Shown here: in pieces, positions 1-11,889 of the stretch
Layout: the number at the start of each line of letters is the position of its first letter
Numbering within the stretch: the first letter of the stretch is position 1
The notes under the pieces: model-generated
Told to the model about the DNA's origin: nothing
The model's database searches: none
Seen by the model: the letters and a program-made list of their open reading frames with translations, nothing else
Source: Nemertoderma westbladi
Lineage: Eukaryota > Animalia > Xenacoelomorpha
Assembly (NCBI GenBank): GCA_032718475.1
Contig: JAUCBJ010005291.1
Location: 1 to 38,790, forward strand
Length of the DNA: 38,790 nt
Reading direction: 5' to 3'
Translations under genes and position numbers: made by a program

Positions 1-310
1 CCTATGCCGGTAGTGGGAAATACCGGGTAACATGCCTCGGGTATTGCCTGCTAGTTGTATATAATAATACAAATGTAATACCATATTGACAGTTTCATAT
101 TATAATCTGGAACGTTTTATAAAAACTTTTTTATAAAAGATTTACATTAAATAGGTATGACCTACAATTGCGCGGTGTAATTCATTTCATATTTAAGCAT
201 GTTCAATCAAGCTAATACTAGGTAGTATGCTTTAATTTAATTTAATCGTACACCCACCGAGACAGCGAGATGGGGAACTAAACTATGCTTACTATGCTAT
301 GACAGTATGA

Positions 311-454
311 CAGAATGCCAAAGTGCCTTTAGGGAACTCTTAAGGATTTATACTACAGTTCCCCAAAAGCACTCTGGCATTTTGGCATTTACGCTGGTTG
401 CAATTATTTAGGTACCCGGAAATTACCAGAGTGCCAAAGTGCCTTTTGGGAACT
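311..454. repeat. Three copies of a 28-bp motif in +/-/+ orientation
   Basis: CAGAATGCCAAAGTGCCTTTAGGGAACT (311-338), its near reverse complement AGTTCCCCAAAAGCACTCTGGCATTTTG (357-384), and CAGAGTGCCAAAGTGCCTTTTGGGAACT (427-454). Confidence 0.8.
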
Positions 455-836
455 ATTCGTGTGACTTAGCCACACGTAGACCCAGACATGCATGTAATAG
501 TGATCAGCTGACTGCAGACTGCTGATCGGTAGGTTTCGCCCCAATACAGCGGGCTTTCTCAGGATGCTCAAGCTAGCAGGACCCTGCTAGCCCTTATTTA
601 CTTGTTGTACATACCTACCGGTACGGTTTTTTACTATTAGTAGCTTGACGTTAAATATAAATATTATAAATAAAATTCATTGAACTGTCTTTTAATGCTC
701 TAATAATGTTGGTATGTATACTGCATTATGTATATCGTACAAACTTTTTTTAACCATGTATTTTAACAAGCTCTAATTAATTTTACTTATATTGAAAATT
801 TGAACTGAACTGTTGATTGAACCGTTTTATTTATTA

Positions 837-1279
837 AAGTATTCGTAATTGTATTACTGAACTTTATGTTGATCGTTGTCGTGTCACATATCTGCCTGTT
901 TTTTAATGCCCCAATTATTGTTATCAAAATTTGCCGGTTTTAATGCTCTAAATATTTTACATATTCGTTTGTCACTTAATTGTCCGTTTTAAATCCCTAA
1001 TTAATTATTTTGCTTATATTAGTTGATCACGAATTTGTCTATTTTGATACTTTTCGACACGCAATAAAATTACAAACTGCATTGTCAATTTGTAGTAATT
1101 AATTTAAGTATTTGTAATTGTATCACTGAACTTATGCTGATCGTTGTCGTGTCGTCACATATCTGCCTGTTTTTAATGCCCCAATTGTGTAACGTTATCA
1201 AAATTTGCCGGTTTTATTTTAATGCTCTAAATATTTTACATATTCGTTTACCGCTTACTTGTCCGTTTTAATATCCTAA
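837..1279. repeat. Diverged direct repeat, ~165-175 bp, two copies
   Basis: 837-1000 and 1106-1279 share long blocks, e.g. GATCGTTGTCGTGTC, CACATATCTGCCTGTTTTTAATGCCCCAATT, GTTATCAAAATTTGCCGGTTTT and AATGCTCTAAATATTTTACATATTCGTTT. Confidence 0.85.
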
Positions 1280-1571
1280 ATATTTCACTAATTTGTCTGT
1301 ATTTGGTGCATTAATCTGTTAATTGAGTTTCTTATTTTCGTTTATCGTACTTTATCGCTATGTACAAATATCTTTAGATAGTGACTTAAGAGCCTTAGTG
1401 TACTTTTTAATTATTGTATTTATTGTATATTTATTTTATTATTATTATTATTATTATAAAATATAACTTCATATATCTGTATATTGATGTTATTTCAATT
1501 TACCTCTCTTTTATAAAGGCTCTAGTTCTATTCATTCATTGGTTAGGCCTACCTACGCAAAAATTTACCTA

Positions 1572-2549
1572 GGGGCCGTCCAAGTATGACGTCAGCACTT
1601 TAGGGGGGGGAGGGGGGTTGGGAAAATCTGATGACGTGCTGATGAGGGGAGGGGAGGGGGTCAGCCAAAATCTGACGTCAGCATGTTCATTTATAGGTGC
1701 TAGAAGAGATATAGCAGAAGAGTAAATAGCTTGCCTATTTTAATTGTTCGAAGCCCCCGAAGGCCCGTAGCACGACCTTCTGTTTCAGTTACCAGTCACC
1801 ATGTTTCAGTGATTAGGACGCGTGCTACTGGGGTACTGCGGTACAGGGGTTCGCCTGAAAATGAAACATTAATCCTAAGCTAATGATTGTTAGAGACTGC
1901 AGTACCGTTACCTCTACCGGTTCATATAGGCTTATTATTAGCTTATGTTTGTTTATTATCATTCATAAACTGCTGTCGCATCAGGTACAAGTATGTAAAC
2001 TAGGCATCACCCATGTGAAGAATACCAGGATTTCACTTTTCGGTCGACTTTTTATTGGAATTTTATATATGGAGAATTTTTATTTTTTTTTAATTTATCT
2101 TTATTAAGTGTTTTGTAGCGCTTATTTCTGTCTTATAACCTGTACATATACTAATTCGTTTATTGTTTTGGTTAGATTCAGCCCTTCAGTAACCTGTGTT
2201 TTTGGTGAAAACCTGGTATTCTTCACATGGGGGTAACTGCAAAGTGAAACATAACGGCAGAAAGTCTGGTATTCTTCACATGGGCCCGATAGGCTATCCT
2301 ACTACAACTCTATACCTTCCTATATACTGTAGATAAGCTATGTAACAGCCAGCCCCCGTGCACCCCCTCCAACTGTCCAATGCAATATAATACCTTTACC
2401 CTGCTGATAATAGTTTATTCCAAAAAATTTTTTAATCTGATTTAGGGGGGGGGGGGGGGGGTCAACGCCTATCTGATGATATCTGATTTAGGGGAGGGAG
2501 GGGGTCAACATTTGGGGGAAAAGTGCAGACGTCATACTTGGACGGCCCC
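1572..2549. mobile_element. Non-autonomous PIF/Harbinger-like DNA transposon (MITE)
   Basis: ~28-bp TIRs GGGGCCGTCCAAGTATGACGTCAGCACTT / AAGTGCAGACGTCATACTTGGACGGCCCC; 3-bp TSD CTA (1569-1571, 2550-2552); G-run subterminal motifs; no credible ORF. Confidence 0.85.
2010..2284. repeat. Small inverted-repeat element nested in the Harbinger-like MITE
   Basis: CCCATGTGAAGAATACCAG at 2010-2028, with its reverse complement CTGGTATTCTTCACATGGG at 2213-2231 and again at 2266-2284. Confidence 0.6.
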
Positions 2550-3042
2550 CTATGTGAAACTGCATTCCATCGGCTACGCGTAGCCTACTTACCTACGCGT
2601 AGGTTACGCGTAGCCTACACCTACGCGGAAAAGTCAAACCCTTCCACATTCCACAACACAACAGCCAGACAGCACAACCATGATTTATAAATGTCATGTA
2701 CTGCTGTTGGCTGTACTGATATAACCAACAACACTAACACCGGTAATCTAAGAAATTACAGTAGGTACTGAAGTACCCGGGGGCAGGGGGGAGGGGACTG
2801 AACTGATCCAGTGATAGATGGATAGGCCTTGTTGGCTGGCTGGCGCAATTGCAGTAGGCCTACTGAAATTATTTTATAATAATGCCTGAATTCAGATATA
2901 TCAATTAAATTTCAAACAAACACCTCAGGTGACCTCTTGCTATTGTGTTGGCCGGTGGCCTTTCTGCCCTTCAGCACTTAAACTGTTGTTCTTGAAATAT
3001 ATACAGATATAACTATCACATGACTGCTTGACTGTGGACTGC

Positions 3043-5493
3043 ATGATGTCTATTAATAATGGTAATGTAAATGGTGGTCAGAATGATGAAACACATTCGA
3101 TTATTAACTCAAACGACGAATCTGATGTAGATAGAGTTGAATCTTCTAAAAATATTCCGAGTGGCCAAGGGATATCTGTTTACTACACATTGCCTTCCGT
3201 TCGTTATTCAACCTTTGTTCGAGCCTTTATCTTTATTGATGCAGTTGTGTGTATCATTCTATGGCTGGTTGGTGGTCACAGTTCATATCTGGAGCTCAGT
3301 GTTACCAATTTCACATTCACAACATCGACGTTTGACTTGGCAGTATTGGCGGTGGTGCGGCTGTTAAGTCTTTTTTATTCTTACGCCCTATTAGAGGCAA
3401 CTACGATTCGAATCCTTGATAGTTCGCTACCACCACCTCATCTTAGACGAATGAAATCCTTGTTACTCATTTCCATTACCGGAAATTCTTTTTTACATCT
3501 CATATATGCTGCCATAAAAGGAGGATTTGTTCTATATAACTTTATCAACAGTGAAAGTTACACTCCAATGCATCCTTCTTATAATGCATTATGCATTGCC
3601 GCGTTTGTTTTTACTGCTTTAGAATCTCTGATATCATTAACCAGTTCCCGCTGTTTTAATCGCATTGCAACAATTCGTAAAAAACACCGTGTAAATGTCC
3701 ATGGTCAGGAGATAGACGAAGAGGGCAATCCTATCCTCAAAGCTAATCTTCGGCGTTTGTTCTCCTTAGCTAAGCCAGAAGCCGGTATTATAGCCGTCGC
3801 TGGGGTAATGTTGGTCGCTAATTCCGCTGTCCAAATGGTAATTCCGTTGTATTTCGGACGTGTAATCGATGCCGTTAACCAACCAACACTTAACGAACTC
3901 GATAAAACCGCGGTTCAACTAGCTGGAATATTCGCCGCAGCTGCTGTCTCTGCGTTTCTTAGGGGTTGGCTTTTTACTCTAGTTGGCTACCGGCTGGTCG
4001 CTCGTGTCAGGAAGGACGTGTTTAACTCTGTAATACGCCAAGAAATTAGCTTCTTCGATTCAACAACAACAGGGGAAATTATGAGTCGGTTATCATCCGA
4101 TTGCGATGCGGTTCAGTCCAGTCTCGTGCTAAACATCAACATTATTATGCGATACACAATTCAGATAATTGGCTCGCTCGCTATTATGATAACACTGAGC
4201 CCACCACTTACAGGGGTTCTGTTGGCCGTTGTCCCTATAGTTGCTGTCGGCTCACAGCAATATGGAAATTTTCTTAAAAAGATGCGAAAGAAGTATCAGG
4301 ATTCACTGGCGGAGGGCGCCTCTGTGGCAGAGGAGAGTCTATCTAATATAAGGACGGTGCGAGCATTCAGCAATGAGTTTAATTCTATGGAAAAATATGC
4401 CGAGTTCATGACAAAGAGTTGTACTATTGGGCAACGCATCGCATATCTTTATGGTTTTTTCCAAATGTTTATGGGTTTGGTAGGACAGGGAGCTATTGCA
4501 CTAATTCTTTGGTACGGTGGTAAACTAGCGTGGGAGCACATTCACGGGGTCCCTGGAGCCAGCAGTCTTACTGTCGGGGTCCTCACATCCTTCCTCATGT
4601 ATATGCTCAATATTGCCATGGCGCTGGCCTTTATTGCCCAGACCTACGGCGAATTCATGTCTTCCCTGGGAGCGTCGATCCGTATCTTTGGGTTGATGGA
4701 TCGGCGTCCGGCCATCCCGATCAAAGGGGGTTCCCGGTATCCCGATCTCGATGGCGAGATTCGTTTCGAAGGGGTTCGATTCACCTACCCGAGTCGGCCC
4801 GACAACGAAGTCCTTAAAGGGATCAGTTTTACGGTTCCGCAGGGGAAGGTCGTGGCTTTGGTCGGCCATTCCGGGGGTGGAAAGTCGACGGTTGTTAATC
4901 TAATCGAACGATTTTATGAACCAACAGCCGGTAGGATCTACCTCGGGGGGTATGACTTAAATTCTCTGGACCCATTGTGGTACCGAATGAAGGTGGCCCT
5001 GGTGAGTCAAGAACCGGTTCTGTTTGCGGTGTCAATAACCGAGAATATAGGGTTTGGGAAGCCGTGCACTGACGATGAGATAGAACAGGCCGCTAGGAAG
5101 GCGAATGCGCACGAATTCATTCAAGGGTTCACGGAAGCGTACGGCACAGAGGTTGGGGAGAAGGGGGTTCGTTTATCTGGAGGTCAGAAGCAACGTGTCG
5201 CGATAGCCAGAGCCCTGGTGATGGATCCAAGAATCCTGTTGTTGGACGAGGCGACATCTGCGTTGGATGCTGAGTCGGAACATCTCGTACAGGAGGCCAT
5301 CGACAACGCCATGCACGGGCGCACCGTGTTGGTTATCGCTCATCGTCTGTCCACTGTGAGGAACGCGGATGAAGTCATTGTGATTGATAAGGGTGAGATA
5401 GTAGAGAGAGGGACCCATAACGAGTTGGTGGCAAAAGATGGTGTTTATAAGAAACTGGTTATAAGACAACTGAACCTGGATAACAGAAATTAA
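3043..5493 (+). CDS. ABCB-family half transporter, ABCB9/TAPL-like (TMD0 + TMD + NBD), intronless, ~816 aa
   Basis: Uninterrupted ORF; first ATG at 3043 (the ORF track starts at TTG 3028). Walker A GHSGGGKST, Q-loop SQEP, signature LSGGQ, Walker B LLLDEATSALD, H-loop IAHRL; ABCB-type TMD (GEIMSRLSSD, EESLSNIRTVRAF); N-terminal 4-TM extension. Confidence 0.93.
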   Translation: MMSINNGNVNGGQNDETHSIINSNDESDVDRVESSKNIPSGQGISVYYTLPSVRYSTFVRAFIFIDAVVCIILWLVGGHSSYLELSVTNFTFTTSTFDLAVLAVVRLLSLFYSYALLEATTIRILDSSLPPPHLRRMKSLLLISITGNSFLHLIYAAIKGGFVLYNFINSESYTPMHPSYNALCIAAFVFTALESLISLTSSRCFNRIATIRKKHRVNVHGQEIDEEGNPILKANLRRLFSLAKPEAGIIAVAGVMLVANSAVQMVIPLYFGRVIDAVNQPTLNELDKTAVQLAGIFAAAAVSAFLRGWLFTLVGYRLVARVRKDVFNSVIRQEISFFDSTTTGEIMSRLSSDCDAVQSSLVLNINIIMRYTIQIIGSLAIMITLSPPLTGVLLAVVPIVAVGSQQYGNFLKKMRKKYQDSLAEGASVAEESLSNIRTVRAFSNEFNSMEKYAEFMTKSCTIGQRIAYLYGFFQMFMGLVGQGAIALILWYGGKLAWEHIHGVPGASSLTVGVLTSFLMYMLNIAMALAFIAQTYGEFMSSLGASIRIFGLMDRRPAIPIKGGSRYPDLDGEIRFEGVRFTYPSRPDNEVLKGISFTVPQGKVVALVGHSGGGKSTVVNLIERFYEPTAGRIYLGGYDLNSLDPLWYRMKVALVSQEPVLFAVSITENIGFGKPCTDDEIEQAARKANAHEFIQGFTEAYGTEVGEKGVRLSGGQKQRVAIARALVMDPRILLLDEATSALDAESEHLVQEAIDNAMHGRTVLVIAHRLSTVRNADEVIVIDKGEIVERGTHNELVAKDGVYKKLVIRQLNLDNRN

Positions 5494-5908
5494 CTAAAAA
5501 GATAATTAATTATTTTAATTATTATTATATTAATTTCTGATGCCACCATGTTGCTTTTTTTCTCCTGAGCTGTAACTATATCCACTAAGACATGGTAGTT
5601 TTAAAGTTCACCACAATTTAGATAGTTATCCAGCTAGTTGTCCATGATGGTCATAGTATGAGAATTATTTCCAGAGCAAAAGGTTTGAAATATGCCAGTT
5701 ACCCTGTAGCCTTCGCTTTATTCGGTTCTCATTATACGTAAATGTAACATTAACATTTAGATATATAGGATGGTTAGTGGGGCAGCGTATTTTTTCAAAA
5801 AGTTCACCGTGAAAAGTAAAACTATAGATAATTTGTCTAGAAAACCAAAAAAAAGAGCCGAATGACAAATTTGGAAGATGAATTTTGTAAGGTTAAAATT
5901 GTAGATTC

Positions 5909-7138
5909 CAGGGTTTTTTTGGCGCTAAATATGGCGCCAGCGCCATAGCACACGGCCGTGGCGCCAGTGGCAGGAAGCTCGATGCGCCAGCAGCGCCATC
6001 GAGATTTCTCCGAGATTGAGTTTCGCACTGGCCTCGAAGATGCGGATGATCTAGCAAATGTCATGGGTGATAGGGAGTTGTGGCGGCGCAATTTTGTCGA
6101 CAAGCCGGCACATAATTCTTGAAAAGGCAGCATGTCGACCCTAGTACAGTAGTAGTAGTAGAGATTCGCCGCATATTCTCTGATAACAGTACAGTATCGG
6201 TATTAAAAAAATATTTAAATAAATATAGATTTCAATCATTAAAATTTTTGAAGCGGTGGGGTGGGCACAATTTGAATGTTCAACTACCGGTAGTTAGTTG
6301 AAATTGTATGTTATCTAAATTTATTACGTAACTAGAGAGCCGCTTAACTACATAAACTAATATTGGATATTGAGTTCCGTTTTGGAGTTCGCCTTGCAGA
6401 CATTAAAGTTGCAATAACTTTTGATTGTGTGAATGGATTTTACTCAAATTACGTGCAAACCTTTTCTACTTCGATGCTCTTTTAACAATAATAATAGTAA
6501 TAGAAGAATTAATAAACTTTAATAAATCCACCAAAAATATTATAATTTACTATTTTTCTCCGGGAAAAAAAGGGAAAATCCTTTGGGTACTTTTTTTCCT
6601 AGGGAAAAAAAATTGGGGGTATATTCGAGAGAAAAAGTATCAATTAAAGAATAAAATAGTTTACTTTGAAAATAGTTAAAATTACAAGAATTGAATTTGA
6701 AAAAAATATTTAAAGAAGAAGATTTAAAATTAAACGACTAACTTTATATTAATTAAAATGAATATACCGGTAACTCAAATGTAAACCATTAAACGTGAAA
6801 CGGGATAGTAAATGAAAAGGACTATAATGAAGTAACTTAATATTGAGCAATTCTAGTCCTTTTCATTCATTTAAATTATGTTGATTAATAATTAATATGA
6901 ATGTTAGTTGTTTTTGTTTAATTTTATTTTTGCTGAGCACATAAGCACTAGCAAGCTTACGTCGTAGTGTAAGCTTACTGGTACTACTGGTTAATCAGCA
7001 GTAGGTGGTAAAGTAGTTAGTAGTACGGCGGTAGTATTAGTATTAGTAGTGGTAGTATCTTTTATGGCACTTGGCGCCATAGAAAATTTGGTCGATGGCG
7101 CCAACTGCGCCGTCAGCAAATTTCAAAAAAAAACCCTG
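5909..7138. mobile_element. Non-autonomous hAT-like DNA transposon
   Basis: TIRs CAGGGTTTTTTT / AAAAAAACCCTG; 8-bp TSD GTAGATTC (5901-5908) vs GTAGATGC (7139-7146), 7/8 match; subterminal TGGCGCCA repeats at both ends. Confidence 0.85.
6007..6160 (+). mobile_element. Severely 5'-truncated RTE-like LINE 3' end inserted in the hAT element
   Basis: Encodes ..TGLEDADDLANVMGDRELWRRNFVDKPAHNS*, then a short UTR and (GTA)n tail; GAGATT on both sides (6001-6006 or 6012-6017, and 6161-6166). Nearly identical to the reverse complement of ~34353-34440. Confidence 0.8.
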
Positions 7139-8191
7139 GTAGATGCCATGCATTACCGCTGTAACGCTTGATTTCTAATTGATTTCTGTATTGCTAAATT
7201 TGTGTCATATGTATGCTTTTGTACGCCACCCTAACCCCACTATTTGTCTGTCACTTCTCATGATAATATTTTGTTCAAACCATTTCATGTTACTTTCGAT
7301 ACGAACTACAGCTAATTGTGCCGTCTTTTTTTGTGTTACAATAATTAGTAGATAGATAATATATTGTATATACTTGTACAGCAGCTGTATAAATCCCATT
7401 ATTTTTTTCGGAAGGGGAGGGGGGTTGGGGCGTTGACGCAATAAAAATTAATCCTTCTCCGGGGGAAAATCGACGGAAACAACAGCTGATAAGCCTACTC
7501 CCACCCAGTAATAAGACTAACCTGTACTATTGATTTTATTTTATTGCTTTGATTAGAATAACGTGACACTGTAACCTGCTCCTTTCGATAAATTAATAGG
7601 ACTAATTTAACATTGAGACGAGGTTTTATTTCACCAAGATGTGAATTTGACCCCCCCCCCCCCCCCCCCCCCGTCTCATTATTTTATTTGTTTATTTGAA
7701 AATAATTATGCACTAGCATGTGGTGCAGGACGATTTATTTTTATTATGTCCCTACTTACGCCGAACCATGTATGTATATATATATGTATAAATATCTATG
7801 TATATATATATATACGTCCAGTATACTAAATGTAATCACAAGACATATTTTGAATGCATCCTAAATTAATTACTATTTCCAAGTATCTAACTACAGGGAT
7901 TCGATTCGTGATGGTTTAAATAATTAATTGGTACTTTAAACGTTTTGCAATTTCCCCCGCTGTTGATCAGGAAATAACTTCATGAATCACTTGTAATGTG
8001 CTATTTTATGATGAACATGACAGCGTCGAATACATTAAAGGCAGCCCTATATATTATTTGCAAGCACCGTAGATGCTGTTAAATATTCATATTTTACTTG
8101 GTGCATTAACCTAACCTATTTGTACCTAATAATAATATATTGTATTTATTTCATAAATATAACATTTTATAATTTCTTATGCACTTACGTT

Positions 8192-8270
8192 TTCACGAAC
8201 CATGCAAACATTGCTGAATTCTTCAACAATTACCGCTTTGCTCGTGCTAAATACCTGTCTACTCTTGTAA
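8192..8270 (+). pseudogene. Possible old LINE ORF2 fragment (CR1/L2 group)
   Basis: Translates to FTNHANIAEFFNNY, resembling the IAxxFNxYF motif between the endonuclease and RT domains; surroundings decayed. Confidence 0.3.
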
Positions 8271-9120
8271 AATAATTATTTCAGAATAATGAAGTTTCCG
8301 TCAATTGAATATAGTGACAAAAGGTTTTTGTAATCTGAGACACCGAGAATCAGTGAGGATTTTTATGGAGATGAGAACTGTAAGCCCATTGAGTGGTAGA
8401 AAGTATCTAATTCATTATAGTGATAGAAAGTCTTTCTATAACTAGCAAATAAAATTTTTCTATAAATAACTAAATTAGACTCAGTTAGTGTCGCTGCTAG
8501 TTCAGTCGGCAGATCTGTGTTTTTATTTACTGGTTAGGTTGAATTTGAGTTAATAAGTTACATGCAATCCAAATAATCCATTGGAAATGAATTACACCAT
8601 TAATAATTGGAGTTGGAGTATAGTTTCTTAATCCCGTGAAACCCCCCCCCCCCCCCCCATTTTTGTCTCCATCGATATTGCACAAGTTGCACCGCGACCC
8701 CCACTCCTATATGTTGTGGTATTGCAGGGATTACAAATATTTAATATAATCTTAATATTTCCTTGCGAAATAGCTGATATATGGGTTGAGCGTTAGAAAG
8801 CTGCATGTTTTTGCTTCCTCTGCCTGCGGGCCAATTATAATATTTAATAATTAACCAAAATTCTGGAAGGTTATTTAATTAATTTCATGTTTCTAGGGTA
8901 AAATGTAATATTTAGGGTTACATTTGCGTAGCCTAGCTATGCATGCACAAAATATTCTAGAATATGGTGTATTTATTTAATAGAATATAAATGGCACCAC
9001 TGTATTTTTCGAGTCACTAAAAATAAAGAAATTTTCACTAAAAATAATTAGATTTTCTCTACTGTATTTATGTCAAAATCACTAAAAATAATCGCTTATT
9101 GTGGGCGCGAGGAAACAGTT

Positions 9121-9366
9121 TGTTACCGGTACACAGAAATTCTTTATTCTAATTTTATTGTCTAATATTAGGCATATGTATATTACTGATTACCGACACA
9201 CGCACAGAATGAATTAATTGATTTATATAGGCCTACATTACATATATATAATAGCATGCCAGTATGGTAGGATGTCAAAGGTCAAACTGCAGAATGGGTA
9301 GACCGGTACACGTGTGAATGGTGTAATCAATATGAAATATAATTAGGAATGATAATGAGGGTTACA
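9121..9366 (-). repeat. 3' LTR of the Gypsy element (246 bp)
   Basis: TG...CA termini (TGTAAC...GTAACA on minus); directly preceded on minus by a purine-rich tract AACGAAGGGAGCCA (9367-9380); contains TATATAAAT (~9221-9229) followed downstream by AATAAA signals (~9143, ~9154). Confidence 0.8.
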
Positions 9367-9697
9367 TGGCTCCCTTCGTTAAGTGCGGAGCACTATGGTT
9401 AACATTAATCAAGAAACTAATCATATTGTAGGCTTTAATTAAGAAACTAATTAAAGGTATATGAAAAAAAAAATAACGGAAATCGCCTAGATATGTTTGA
9501 GAAAAAAAAATGGCAACACATATTATTTAAATATTTAATTATTACCACAAATTAATACATTTTGTACAGAAAATTAATTCCGCGGTGATACGCACCTATC
9601 CGGAATAGACAAAAACAGCACGACTACAACAAAATAGGTAAGCATATGTTAAACGCAATACCGTTGGATTTAATGATTGGATCTTAATGGTTTTAGT

Positions 9698-10894
9698 TCA
9701 ATCAGAAATGTGGATAGTTTCAATTAATGAAAATGTTACACACTTTTTAGTTTTCGGTTTAGTGTACTTCACACATTCAGAAACAACTGGTTTCACTCTG
9801 TCGAGCGTCAACTTTTCAATTTTTGAATGGCGTTCTATGTCGATAGTTTTACTATTTCGCGAAACTACTCTATACGGTCCCGCATAAAGCGGTTTCAATG
9901 ATCCAGTTTTCTTAGGTTCTTTTACCCAGACATGAGTTGCTTCAGACAATTCTTTGGGGATTGATGCTTTTGATTTATATTTTCTAACTGGACTCTGAAA
10001 ATTATCAACTTTCTCGAAGAGCCGAGATGTGAAATTATGCCAGTTAAAATTATCGAACTTATCAGACTTGTCCGAAAATTCGAAAAATTGACCTGGTAAT
10101 TGAAGCTCTGTGCCATATACCAGTTGTGCAGGCGAAAACTTGTGCACTCCGATATTAGAGCGCAAACCCAACAAAACCAATGGTAGTTCATCAAACCAAT
10201 AGGTTGAATTACATTTTGATCGAAGATAATTTTTTAACTGACGGTGAAAACGTTCTATAGTCCCGTTACAGGACGGGTGATAAGCAGTTGTACGACGCCG
10301 TTTTGTGCCAAGGGACTTCATTAGAGAGCTCCAAACTGCTGACTCAAATTGTGCGCCGCGATCCGTAATGACAGTACGTGGCACACCGAACCGGCTTACC
10401 CAATTGAAAAGGAAAGCTTGGGCAACTGTTTCTGTCGTAATATCTTTTAGGGGGACTACTTCAGGCCACCTAGTAAACCTATCAATGATAGTGAGTAAAT
10501 ACTTGTGTCCTTTGGACACCGGTAGAGGACCTACTAAATCTATATGTACAGTTTCAAAGCGACTGTTAGTCGGGATCGTTTCTACAGCAGTTTTCGTATG
10601 CGTTGAAATTTTTGACTGTTGGCACTTTTGGCAAGCTTTCGCCCACATTTTAATTTCACGTCGCATTCCAGGCCAGATATAGCGGTTACTTATTAAATTG
10701 AAAGTACCATCTGGTCCAGCATGAGAAAGTTCATGAAATTTATCAAAAATATGATGTCGCAAAATTGAAGGTAAGTATGGTCGATTATGGCCTTTTGATT
10801 TGTCGCACACTAGGATATTACCATCTTCTAAATGTGCGTATTGTAAAGGTAAAGTAGTTGACTGAAAGAAACTTTGTAGCGATTTATCTTGCTT
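9698..10894 (-). mobile_element. Ty3/Gypsy pol fragment: integrase (HHCC zinc finger, DDE core, GPY/F), 5'-truncated
   Basis: ORF 9698-10810 has HELSH...CQKCQ, HIDLVGPLP, TDRGAQFES, NGTIERFHR and LKPLYAGPY. The frame stays open upstream to ~10894 (KQDKSLQSFFQ...) and then breaks; no RT, gag or 5' LTR in the window. Confidence 0.92.
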
Positions 10895-11889
10895 TTAATT
10901 CACAATTTTATTCAAAATAATTCACTAAGCACTCAGAAATAATATTGTAAATCTGAAAAAAAATATGATTTAACACTAAGTATCATCGCTTTTTCACTTT
11001 TTAGAGTAAACATCTCTTCATAATCGGTTGGAATTTATATCTCCTAACCCAAATTTACTGAATTTTTCAAATCTGACAGAAAAATCAAGTTTGGCCCTGG
11101 ACTTCTAGAATATTAATTTATATTTAATAATTAAGGTATAAATAATATTCTAAAAGTCCATGGTTTGGGGTACAATAACATCACTAAAATGTACTACTGT
11201 ACTGTATATGTAAGACTTACTCGAGTTATAAATATGAGAAGTCAAAAGTGAATTATTTAAAATATCATATCTATGTAAATTAATAGCGTACTGCCACAAA
11301 ATAAATGCCATAAGAATAACATATTATTGCTGAATATACTTGGAAAAGCAACGTCTGACATTCCCTTGGTCACATACATAACTTATTCAATGTAAAACTT
11401 TGCTTATGTTGTTTGTAACATCCGACACTTTTTTGAACATTTTATTCAATAACTTTGTAGCTGTTACTTGTAACCATTTAATTTAAATTGATGAAGAATG
11501 GCCCAGGTAATAACCGCAATAGTGTGCAAACCCACAGGATACAAGGCATTTCACCTTCAGAATATTGAAGAATCAGTCTCGTAACATCCAACACGTAACG
11601 TCCAACACCAACAGTGTAACTTAACTAAAAGGTAAACAGTGTAACGTCAGACGAGGTTATTATAAATTTGCCGCTATTGGAAAAGCAGCATGGCTGTAAA
11701 TAATAACAAATCAATCGTCGAATGTAGAGCTGTTGGCTGATTGGATGGCCTTTAAAATATGTGTCTCATATAGGTACAACTGGAAGTATTTTTGTGCGAA
11801 GAACATGATGACAATGCGGGGGTAGTAAATATTACAGGGAATGAAGGTCAGCACCCGCAATCTAAAAATGAAGTATCTTTGTTCACTAG

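Noticed and set aside
1628-1650. CTGATGA motifs as hammerhead cores (also ~2473, ~11489, ~14678)
   Set aside because: No helix II plus GAAA at the right spacing; most are MITE subterminal motifs or LINE coding sequence.
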